Position numbers and translations under genes: made by a program. Shown one piece after another: positions 16,378 through 24,000 of a stretch of DNA of 24,000 nt. The stretch comes from Candidatus Bealeia paramacronuclearis. GTDB lineage: Bacteria > Pseudomonadota > Alphaproteobacteria > UBA9655. Location of the stretch: NCBI RefSeq assembly GCF_035607555.1, contig NZ_JAVHWZ010000003.1:156018-180017 (forward strand), given 5' to 3'. The notes under the pieces were generated by a model. That model saw only the letters and a program-made list of their open reading frames with translations, had not been told where the DNA came from and made no database searches. The first letter of the stretch is position 1. The number at the start of each line of letters is the position of its first letter.

Positions 16378-16707
16378 TTATGCGGTTGCGTTATTGTTCA
16401 CAACACGTGCATAGGCATTAAAAGCCCGCTTGTGAGCATTAAGCTCACTTATTTTACGAGAGAGCTCATTTTGAAGATGTCCCAAAGAGGACCCCAATTT
16501 CTCAAGAACTGTATCGAGGGTTTTTAAATCTCCCTTCACACTTTCTTGAGACGCCAAATCCAGAGAAGAAATCTCACGACTTAATTCTTGGACATGGGCT
16601 TCAATGGAATCCAGATCAATGTTTTCTTTTGAGGAAATTGACTGATAAGTCATTGACGCCAAGTCAATCGCAGATTTGATTTTCTGAGAAATAATATCTT
16701 GAGCCAT
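16378..16707 (-). CDS. Hypothetical 109-aa all-helical/coiled-coil protein, acidic, no family recognised
   Basis: An intact ORF between csrA and fliO. I prefer the ATG at 16707 (MAQDIISQK...) because a strong GGAGGA lies 4 nt upstream; the ORF-track ATG at 16719 forms part of that Shine-Dalgarno. There are heptad-like repeats (LDSIEAHVQELSREISSLD..., LGHLQNELSRKISELNAHKRAF). Confidence 0.55.
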   Translation of the reverse strand: MAQDIISQKIKSAIDLASMTYQSISSKENIDLDSIEAHVQELSREISSLDLASQESVKGDLKTLDTVLEKLGSSLGHLQNELSRKISELNAHKRAFNAYARVVNNNATA

Positions 16708-16732
16708 GGTGTCCTCCATTAATTATAATTAA

Positions 16733-16945
16733 TTATGATCTCAGATCTTTCAAAGTCTGAAGCCCCAAAGCCGCGACTTTATTTTCGGCCTCAATACGCT
16801 CAAACACTTCCTTTCGCAACACATTAACGTGCTCCGGAAACAAAAACCCAAGTTTGACTGTCTTCCCCTGGACATCTTCCACTATGACCTCAATGTTTCC
16901 ATTGACAATCACGGATTCGCCAGGCTTGCGTGATAAATATAGCAT
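16733..16945 (-). CDS. csrA: CsrA/RsmA-family RNA-binding translational regulator
   Basis: 70 aa. MLYLSRKPGESVIVNGNIEVIVEDVQGKTVKLGFLFPEHVNVLRKEVFERIEAENK aligns by eye with the CsrA consensus MLxLxRKxGExxxIgdxIxxxVlxxxGxxVrlGixAPxxVxvxReEiyxxI. Confidence 0.85.
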   Translation of the reverse strand: MLYLSRKPGESVIVNGNIEVIVEDVQGKTVKLGFLFPEHVNVLRKEVFERIEAENKVAALGLQTLKDLRS

Positions 16946-17005
16946 AAAATTTACTCACAGGCACTTTACCACACAATAGGAAGAGCGTGTGAAAAATTTT
17001 GAGAA

Positions 17006-18919
17006 TTAATTCGCGTCAGATCCTGAACCACCATCAACGCCATAGATAGCTTTTGGTGAAAAATCAATTGTGGCTTCTGGTACCATATGGGAGATGATTT
17101 CGATAAGTTTTTCTTCATGAAAATGATTTATTGATTTTTCCAGAACTTGGAGTCGTTCTTCAAAACCTTTAAAATCATTGTTTGAGCATTTTGCAATAAA
17201 AATTTTTTCCCGTTTTGTGGGAATATGGCCTTCGCTTTCATAAAATAATTCTTCATAGAGTTTTTCGCCAGGCCTTAGTCCTGTAAAAACAATCTCAATA
17301 TCCTTATAGGGTCTTTTTCCACTGAGACTAATCAAGCGTTCTGCAAGATCTGTAATTTTAATGGGACTCCCCATATCCAACACAAAGATCTCCCCCCCCT
17401 TCCCCATGGCTCCCGCTTGAATGACCAATTGACTGGCCTCGGGAATACTCATGAAAAATCGCGTGATCTCAGGGTGAGTTACAGTAAGAGGCCCTCCCTG
17501 TTTGAGTTGCTTTTTAAAAAGGGGAATTACACTCCCATCAGATCCCAAAACGTTTCCAAAGCGTACAATACTATAATTTGTCTCAGAGGACTGGTTAAAG
17601 TTTTGACAAAAAACTTCTGCCATTCTTTTGGTGGATCCCATGACGTTTGTGGGGTTAACGGCTTTGTCAGTTGAAATCAGAATGAACTTTTCACTTCCAT
17701 AGAGAGAGGCAAGTTCTGCCACATTTTTTGTGCCAAAGAAGTTATTGCGAAGGGCTTGCTTGGCTTGTTTTTCTAAAAGAGGCACATGTTTATAGGCGGC
17801 GGCATGGAATACTATATTAGGGTTGTGAGTTCTAAAAACCCCCTCCATAACCTCAAAATCATTGACGCTTGCAAGAACTGCCACAAATTGCGTGTACTTG
17901 AAAACATGCTCAAGCTCCCAACTCATCTTATAAAGATTGTATTCGCTGTGATCGACCAAAATCATAGATTTAGGTTTTAATTTAATTAACTGTCGACAAA
18001 TTTCAGATCCAATAGACCCACCAGCGCCTGTGATGAGAATGTTTTTGCCTTTAATAAAATTTGAAACTTCTGTGTCATCCAATTGAATAGCATCCCGCCC
18101 TAAAAGATCTTCCATGGAAATATCTTCGGGGGAGATATTTTTATTGATCAATAGTTTTTCAAAAGAAGGTAAAATTTTGACAGGCATTCCCAACTCTTCG
18201 GCCGTTGTAATAATCTCGCACAACTTGTCTTGATCAAGGGAAGGAATAGCAATAACAATCATTTGAATAGTGCTGGAGTCCACAAACTTCGCCATGTCTT
18301 TTATAGGGCCATATATTTTAATACCAAAAATCTTTTTGCCCCACAGATTAGGATCATCATCCAGAAGGCCTTCAATTTTATAAGCGCTATCGGCACGTTT
18401 CATCGATTCTCGGATAAAAAGCTCAGCGCCTTTTCCGGCTCCTAAAACAATCACAGTGTTAGCTCCCGTTTGCACTTGAGGATGGCGAAGCCTTTCAAAA
18501 GCCAGACGGATGAGAATGCGCACCATGTTGAGCGCGGAAAACGAAAATATCAGGAATAAAAAAGAAAACTTTATTAAAGTGGCAAGACCCTCACCTTTGA
18601 GATATCTCCAACCCACAAAGAGAATTAATATTATCGCACAATATTTAAAAACATCGATCAAACTATAAAGAGATGTAAATCGCCAAAGGTGTTTTTCAAG
18701 GCTTAGAAAGTAAGCCGTTCCTATAGAGAATATAAATAAAAACACAAGATCAGCAGCAAGATGACTTGTCAGTGGGATTTGAAGAATATATTGCGCTGTC
18801 AAATACGCAGTGGTTAAAGACAAAAAGTCGATCCCGTATTTAAATATTTTTGACGGAATCTTATTTTGAAATAGCTGATAAATATTATACAATTTGAACA
18901 TGTAGGCTTCGTCTTTCAA
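17006..18919 (-). CDS. capD: Membrane-anchored polysaccharide biosynthesis protein, CapD/WbpM/PglF family (NDP-sugar 4,6-dehydratase/epimerase)
   Basis: About 4 N-terminal TM helices and two Rossmann motifs (VIVLGAGKGAELF; ILITGAGGSIGSEI). The SDR catalytic region has STDKAVNPTNVMGSTKRMAE. The ORF-track start at 18919 is a TTG; the ATG at 18901 (MFKLYNIY...) is an alternative. Confidence 0.88.
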   Translation of the reverse strand: MKDEAYMFKLYNIYQLFQNKIPSKIFKYGIDFLSLTTAYLTAQYILQIPLTSHLAADLVFLFIFSIGTAYFLSLEKHLWRFTSLYSLIDVFKYCAIILILFVGWRYLKGEGLATLIKFSFLFLIFSFSALNMVRILIRLAFERLRHPQVQTGANTVIVLGAGKGAELFIRESMKRADSAYKIEGLLDDDPNLWGKKIFGIKIYGPIKDMAKFVDSSTIQMIVIAIPSLDQDKLCEIITTAEELGMPVKILPSFEKLLINKNISPEDISMEDLLGRDAIQLDDTEVSNFIKGKNILITGAGGSIGSEICRQLIKLKPKSMILVDHSEYNLYKMSWELEHVFKYTQFVAVLASVNDFEVMEGVFRTHNPNIVFHAAAYKHVPLLEKQAKQALRNNFFGTKNVAELASLYGSEKFILISTDKAVNPTNVMGSTKRMAEVFCQNFNQSSETNYSIVRFGNVLGSDGSVIPLFKKQLKQGGPLTVTHPEITRFFMSIPEASQLVIQAGAMGKGGEIFVLDMGSPIKITDLAERLISLSGKRPYKDIEIVFTGLRPGEKLYEELFYESEGHIPTKREKIFIAKCSNNDFKGFEERLQVLEKSINHFHEEKLIEIISHMVPEATIDFSPKAIYGVDGGSGSDAN

Positions 18920-18942
18920 GTTTTGAGATCAAAAATGAGATC

Positions 18943-20418
18943 TTACTTCAATCGTTCCTTTAAAAGATCGTTAATGAGCCCTGGGTTGCCTTTGCCTTGC
19001 ATGCCTTTCATGACTTGGCCTACAAAAAACCCAAAGAGTTTATCTTTTCCAGATTTGAAATCTTCAACCATCTGAGGATTTTCAGCCATAACCTTATCGA
19101 TCACAGCCAGAATAACACCGTTATCACTCACTTGTTTCAGCCCTTTTTCCTCAATAATTTCAGGTGCGGTTTTAGACGTTTCCCACATCAGTAGAAAAAC
19201 ATCTTTGGCCATTTTTCCAGAGATTGTGCCGTTATTCATTTCTTGAATCAGCCCCGCCAATTTTTCTGGTGTAATGGGAGATTCAGAGATGGTTTTATTT
19301 TCCCGATTTAATGTTGCAAAAAGTTCACCCAGCATCCAATTCGAAATCATTTTGGCGGTTTTGGCATCTTGAGCATTTGAAAATTTCAAGGTGGATTCAA
19401 AATAAGAGGCAATCTCGGCCTCACTTACCAAAAGACTGGCGTCATAGGCGGGCAAATCATAGCTGGTCATAAGGCGCGCTTTTTTCGCATCCGGCAATTC
19501 AGGAAGGTTTTTACGGATTTCCTCAACCCATGCAGCTTCGATCACAAGAGGGGGAAGGTCAGGATCAGGGAAATACCGATAATCATGTGCGTCTTCTTTT
19601 GAGCGCATCGAGCGAGTAATGCCTTTATTCGAATCGAAAAGACGGGTTTCTTGGACAATCTGGCCACCGTCTTCTAAAATTTCGATCTGACGGGTGGCTT
19701 CAAAAACAATAGCTTGGGTGATAAACTTGACCGAGTTTACGTTTTTAATTTCCGCCCGTGTTCCCATTTCGGCACCTGGCTTTCGGACAGACACGTTTAC
19801 ATCAACGCGCATACTACCCTGGTCCATGTTGCCATCACAGGTTCCTAAAGCCCGCACAATTGCACGCAATTTTTTAACATAAGCAGCAGCTTCTTCTGGA
19901 GATCTGATATCTGGCTCGGAAACGATTTCCATAAGTGCTACACCAGCACGATTCAAATCGATATAAGATTTTTCCGGATGCTGATCATGAAAACTTTTAC
20001 CCGCATCTTGTTCAAGGTGTAGGCGGGTTACACCAATGCGACGCGTAGAGCCATCCTCAAGTTCAATATCGAGATGCCCTTTACCTACGATAGGTTTTTG
20101 GAATTGGGAAATCTGATAGCCAGAGGGCAGGTCCGCATAAAAATAATTTTTCCGATCAAAGATCGAAACGAGATTAATTTCGGCGTTCAGTCCAAACCCA
20201 GTTTTGACCGCCTGCTCAACACAAAGACGGTTAATGACAGGGAGCATCCCCGGCATGGCTGCATCTACAAAAGCCACTTGCGTGTTGGGCTCTGCACCAA
20301 AAGCGGTGGGTGCACCTGAAAAAAGCTTAGCTTGGGAGGACACTTGTGCGTGAACCTCAAGGCCTACGATCAACTCCCACGGGCCCGTGTTGCCTTCAAA
20401 ATAATATTTCTCGCTCAT
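18943..20418 (-). CDS. gatB: Asp-tRNA(Asn)/Glu-tRNA(Gln) amidotransferase subunit B
   Basis: 491 aa. [13 protein letters not shown]..., [24 protein letters not shown], plus a C-terminal YqeY-like tail. It follows gatA with a 4-nt overlap. Confidence 0.95.
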   Translation of the reverse strand: MSEKYYFEGNTGPWELIVGLEVHAQVSSQAKLFSGAPTAFGAEPNTQVAFVDAAMPGMLPVINRLCVEQAVKTGFGLNAEINLVSIFDRKNYFYADLPSGYQISQFQKPIVGKGHLDIELEDGSTRRIGVTRLHLEQDAGKSFHDQHPEKSYIDLNRAGVALMEIVSEPDIRSPEEAAAYVKKLRAIVRALGTCDGNMDQGSMRVDVNVSVRKPGAEMGTRAEIKNVNSVKFITQAIVFEATRQIEILEDGGQIVQETRLFDSNKGITRSMRSKEDAHDYRYFPDPDLPPLVIEAAWVEEIRKNLPELPDAKKARLMTSYDLPAYDASLLVSEAEIASYFESTLKFSNAQDAKTAKMISNWMLGELFATLNRENKTISESPITPEKLAGLIQEMNNGTISGKMAKDVFLLMWETSKTAPEIIEEKGLKQVSDNGVILAVIDKVMAENPQMVEDFKSGKDKLFGFFVGQVMKGMQGKGNPGLINDLLKERLK

Positions 20419-21926
20419 AGGACACCTTTTTGAATCTGTAGAAATGTTTGGAAGTTTGCGGCACCCTCAATGGCGTACGCTGCTTGTAAGATTGTTTCCT
20501 CACCAAATGCAGGGCCAATCAACTGAAGCCCCAAAGGAAGACCATCTTTATTATAGCCCGCAGGTACCGAAATTCCGGGCAAACCCGCCAAGTTAGCAGG
20601 AACCGTCAAGACATCATTTAAATACATGACCACGGGATCTTTGGGGCTTTCGTCCATAGCAAAAGCTGCCGATGGTGTTGTGGGAGTTAAAATGACGTCA
20701 ACTTTCTCAAAAGCCTTCTCAAAATCTTGAGAGATGAGAGCTCGGACTTTCTGCGCCTTTAAATAATAAGCATCATAATAGCCTGCGGAAAGAACATAAG
20801 TTCCAATCATAATCCGGCGCTGGACTTCCTCTCCAAATCCTTCTGAGCGGGTCAGTTCATACATCTCATCCAAGGTTGTGGCGGGGACCCTTAATCCATA
20901 CCGCACACCATCATAACGAGCCAAGTTAGAGGAGGCTTCTGCGGGAGCCAAAACATAATAGCACGGCAGACTATATTTGGTGTGAGGAAGGCTCACTTCG
21001 ACAATCTCAGCACCTTGCGCTTTGAGCCAATCGGCTCCTTTTTGCCAAAGGGTAGTGATTTCAGAATCCATTCCATCAACTTGGTATTCTTTAGGAATAC
21101 CCACGCGTAGGCCTTTTAAAGATCCCTCCAAAGCTTTTTCAAATTGTGTGGGCTTTTGAATAGCTGAGGTTGAATCTTTCGGATCATGGCTACACATGAC
21201 ATCAAGCATAATTGCAGCGTCCCGAACGTCCCTTGTAATCGGGCCCGCTTGATCGAGTGAAGAAGCAAATGCCACAATTCCCCAACGAGAGCAGCGTCCG
21301 TAGGTGGGTTTAATCCCGACAGTTCCTGTAAAAGCCGCAGGTTGTCGAATGGATCCACCTGTGTCTGTGGCCGTGGCCGCCAAGGCTGATCCCACAGAAA
21401 CAGAAGAAGCAGAACCTCCCGAAGATCCACCCGGAACCAAAGCTCTTGAATCTGCTTTTCGTATCCAAGGACTTTTGACGCCGCCATAAGCACTCGTTAG
21501 ATTCGACGATCCCATAGCAAACTGGTCCATATTTAGCTTTCCAAGCATAACTGCACCGGCATTCCAAAGATTTTGCGTTACCGTCGATTCATAGCGGGGC
21601 ACATAATTATAAAGAATTTTAGAGGCGGCAGTTGTAAGCGTGCCTTTTGTGCAAAATAAATCTTTAATCCCTAAAGGCAAACCCTCCAAGGCACACCCTT
21701 TACCTTGATGCAAACGTGCGTCACTTTGAACAGCCATCTCAAGGGCAATTTCCGGCGTTTCTGTAATGTAAGCATTCAAATCCCGAGTTGATTCCATTTG
21801 ATCCAGATAGGCTTGGGTCAGCTCCTTTGAGGAGAAAGATTTCTTGTGAAGGCCATCCCGCGCGTCTGCAAGAGTGAGCTCGATCAAATCAGATTTTGGT
21901 TTTAAGGCAGTTTGCGTCTGGGTCAT
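20415..21926 (-). CDS. gatA: Glutamyl-tRNA(Gln) amidotransferase subunit A
   Basis: 503 aa with the amidase signature [14 protein letters not shown]...[15 protein letters not shown]. Confidence 0.95.
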   Translation of the reverse strand: MTQTQTALKPKSDLIELTLADARDGLHKKSFSSKELTQAYLDQMESTRDLNAYITETPEIALEMAVQSDARLHQGKGCALEGLPLGIKDLFCTKGTLTTAASKILYNYVPRYESTVTQNLWNAGAVMLGKLNMDQFAMGSSNLTSAYGGVKSPWIRKADSRALVPGGSSGGSASSVSVGSALAATATDTGGSIRQPAAFTGTVGIKPTYGRCSRWGIVAFASSLDQAGPITRDVRDAAIMLDVMCSHDPKDSTSAIQKPTQFEKALEGSLKGLRVGIPKEYQVDGMDSEITTLWQKGADWLKAQGAEIVEVSLPHTKYSLPCYYVLAPAEASSNLARYDGVRYGLRVPATTLDEMYELTRSEGFGEEVQRRIMIGTYVLSAGYYDAYYLKAQKVRALISQDFEKAFEKVDVILTPTTPSAAFAMDESPKDPVVMYLNDVLTVPANLAGLPGISVPAGYNKDGLPLGLQLIGPAFGEETILQAAYAIEGAANFQTFLQIQKGVL

Positions 21927-21932
21927 TTGAGA

Positions 21933-22220
21933 TTACTCCACCACTTTGGGGACAACGAACATGTTTTGCGCACTTTCAGGCGCATTAGCGAGCACATCAG
22001 AAACATAGTTTCCGTCGGTGATCATATCCTCACGCATGGGCATTTGGCGCTGCCCTGATCCGACCATAGGTTCAACAGCGTCGGTATTGACCTCACTTAA
22101 TTGATCAATAAATTTTAAAATGCGAACAAGGTCCGCTCTCAAAGGCTCAACTTTCTCATCAGGCACTTTCAGGCGAGCCAATCGACCTACGCGTTTCACG
22201 GTTGCAGAATCAAGGGACAT
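21933..22220 (-). CDS. gatC: Glutamyl-tRNA(Gln) amidotransferase subunit C
   Basis: 95 aa. VKRVGRLARLKVPDEKVEPLRADLVRILKFIDQLSEVNTDAVEP is typical of GatC. It is the first gene of gatCAB. Confidence 0.9.
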   Translation of the reverse strand: MSLDSATVKRVGRLARLKVPDEKVEPLRADLVRILKFIDQLSEVNTDAVEPMVGSGQRQMPMREDMITDGNYVSDVLANAPESAQNMFVVPKVVE

Positions 22221-22308
22221 AAGTTTAATTCCTGTTTCATTTCTAACTTATCTTAGTCATAATGTGTTTTTCAAAAATCGTTAAGAAAAAAATGAAGATT
22301 GAGGAAAA

Positions 22309-23085
22309 ATGTCTTTAGATCCTTGGATGCTTTGGGCTATTGTGGGACTTGTCTCTGGCTGCGTTTTGGGTCTTGCAGGAGCAGGAGGGGGAATCATTGC
22401 CATCCCTATTCTAATATATTGGGGGGGATATAGCGTCAAGGCAGCCTCAGGTTATGGTCTTCTTGTGATTAGTGTTGGGGCAATATTGACATGGCTTCCC
22501 CAACGCAAATACACAAATTATAGTGTGGTACTTATTCTTCTCGTTTTTTCTTTCTTGGGCTCTTACATTTCAGCACCATGGAAAGCCGCCTCACCTGATT
22601 GGGCCTTGATTATCCTTCTTAATTTTGCCTCTCTTTTTAGTCTTTATAGCTTGTGGATCATGAGACTTCCAGCACCCACCGCTTTAGAAAAACATACCTT
22701 TTTACATTCCGTTTCCCACTCATCTTTAGGTGGTGTTTTGACAGGAATTCTAAGCACAATGACGGGACTTGGAGGCGGCATTATTATGGTGCCATGGCTC
22801 ACATCCATCAATCGTCTCAATTTAAGTCGGTCTGTGGCGTGTAGTCTTTTAACAATTGCCTTAAGTGCCCCTTATTCGGCCTATGTTCAAGGATATTTGA
22901 ATCTTCCCACGCCCAATCTTGTGGCTTTGGGGGCCGGCGCTCTTGTGGCCTCCTTAACTATTAAAGGCTTGACGGCCTCGGTAGACTCAAACTCAGCCGC
23001 TCATCTTTTGGATGTTTTAAGAAAGCTCACTTTAACCACTGTTATTTTGATTTCGATGGTTTCTACGTTGATCAGACTAATTTAA
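22309..23085 (+). CDS. TauE/SafE-family (DUF81) anion/sulfite exporter membrane protein
   Basis: 258 aa, about 7-8 TM helices with an internally duplicated G-rich motif (GLAGAGGGIIAIPILI and TGLGGGIIMVPWL) characteristic of TauE/SafE. A GAGGA Shine-Dalgarno is present. Confidence 0.85.
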   Translation: MSLDPWMLWAIVGLVSGCVLGLAGAGGGIIAIPILIYWGGYSVKAASGYGLLVISVGAILTWLPQRKYTNYSVVLILLVFSFLGSYISAPWKAASPDWALIILLNFASLFSLYSLWIMRLPAPTALEKHTFLHSVSHSSLGGVLTGILSTMTGLGGGIIMVPWLTSINRLNLSRSVACSLLTIALSAPYSAYVQGYLNLPTPNLVALGAGALVASLTIKGLTASVDSNSAAHLLDVLRKLTLTTVILISMVSTLIRLI

Positions 23086-23097
23086 GGAATAATAATC

Positions 23098-24000
23098 ATG
23101 ATCTTTAGACAACTTTTTGATTTGAAATCTTCGACCTACACCTATATTTTGGGGGATGAAGAAACTCGGGATTCCATTTCAATTGATCCAGTGAGATCTC
23201 AAATTGAACGGGATTTAAAATTACTTCAAGAATTAAACCTCACTCTCAAATTTATTCTTGAAACTCATGTCCATGCCGATCATGTAACGAGCGCCTCTCA
23301 TTTAAGGGATCGCACCGGAGCCAAAACCGTTTATGGAAGCAAGACCAATCTTAAATGTGCGGACATTTTAATTGAAGATGGAGAAAATCTTGAGTGTGGA
23401 AATATCAAAATCACAGCCCTTCACACACCCGGGCACACCAATGGCTGCACAAGTTATTGGGTGGACAATAAAGTTTTTACAGGGGATGCCCTGATGATTC
23501 GTGCCTGTGGACGCACAGATTTTCAAGAAGGCTCCAATGAAAAACTTTTTAAAAGTGTGCGCGAAAAATTATTTGCTCTTCCAGATGAAACGCTTGTCTA
23601 TACGGCTCATGATTATTTAGGGCGCATGGTTTCAACCATTGGGGAAGAAAAAAAATTCAATCCCCGACTAGGGCTTTCCCAAACGCTTGAAGATTTTATT
23701 GCATTTATGGAAGAACACAGATTACCTTACCCCAAAATGATGGATATCGCAGTCCCTTTAAATCAGAGTTGTGGAAAAATGGAAAAAGAAGAATTTGAAA
23801 TCACTCCCGATGAATTAGTGCCTGAAACAGGCAATGTAATTCTTGTCGATGTAAGAGGGGCAGAAGAACTGAAGGGCCCTTCAGGATATATCGAAGGCAT
23901 TGTGCTTGCGACTTTAGGTGAGGATCTTAATTCCTTTCTCGAGTCCGCCAATCCCGAAGCACCTTATGTCTTTATTTGTGAGCGAGGCCGCAGATCGGCT
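23098..24000 (+). CDS. Persulfide dioxygenase (ETHE1/Blh-like MBL fold) fused to a C-terminal rhodanese domain; the 3' end runs off the window
   Basis: My own translation from the ATG at 23098 (AAGGA SD) gives MIFRQLFDLKSSTYTYILGDEETRDSISIDPV...ETHVHADHVTSA...LHTPGHTNGCTSY...FTGDALMIRACGRTDFQEG...YTAHDY, the metal ligands of type II persulfide dioxygenases. This is followed by ...VILVDVRGAEELKGPSGYIEG...FICERGRRSA, a rhodanese active-site loop of CxxGxRS type. No stop codon occurs in the window. Confidence 0.88.
   Translation, partial: MIFRQLFDLKSSTYTYILGDEETRDSISIDPVRSQIERDLKLLQELNLTLKFILETHVHADHVTSASHLRDRTGAKTVYGSKTNLKCADILIEDGENLECGNIKITALHTPGHTNGCTSYWVDNKVFTGDALMIRACGRTDFQEGSNEKLFKSVREKLFALPDETLVYTAHDYLGRMVSTIGEEKKFNPRLGLSQTLEDFIAFMEEHRLPYPKMMDIAVPLNQSCGKMEKEEFEITPDELVPETGNVILVDVRGAEELKGPSGYIEGIVLATLGEDLNSFLESANPEAPYVFICERGRRSA

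Overview
This is a gene-dense, moderately AT-rich chromosomal segment. It is dominated by conserved housekeeping genes, most on the minus strand, and many have overlapping stop and start codons (ATGA, TAATG). The gene order looks alphaproteobacterial: truB-rpsO-pnp; argS-SPOR-nagZ...tatABC-serS-nlpD; gatCAB. The compaction and the scattered flagellar genes (fliO-fliP with no fliQ/fliR) suggest a reduced, host-associated lineage, but that is inference only.

The one clearly accessory stretch is about 2450-4723, between truB and a tRNA-Ala(GGC). It holds an intact ISAs1-family insertion sequence whose last 162 bp are duplicated perfectly in tandem. It also holds a 277-bp non-coding region packed with hairpins, including two copies of a 20-nt palindrome with a compensatory base change, and an orphan small secreted protein gene.

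Other points worth a second look:
- A site-2 (M50) protease gene is split by a 1-nt frameshift.
- A csrA homologue and an unassignable helical 109-aa ORF sit directly upstream of fliO-fliP, with no fliW.
- cyaY is paired with an ABCB half-transporter.
- A TauE exporter is paired with a persulfide-dioxygenase/rhodanese fusion.

I see no CRISPR array, no rRNA, no recognisable defence, toxin-antitoxin or secretion-system cassette, and no convincing new multi-gene system. The csrA/109-aa/fliOP module and the IS-flanked patch are the best leads, and both need database and structural checks that I cannot run.
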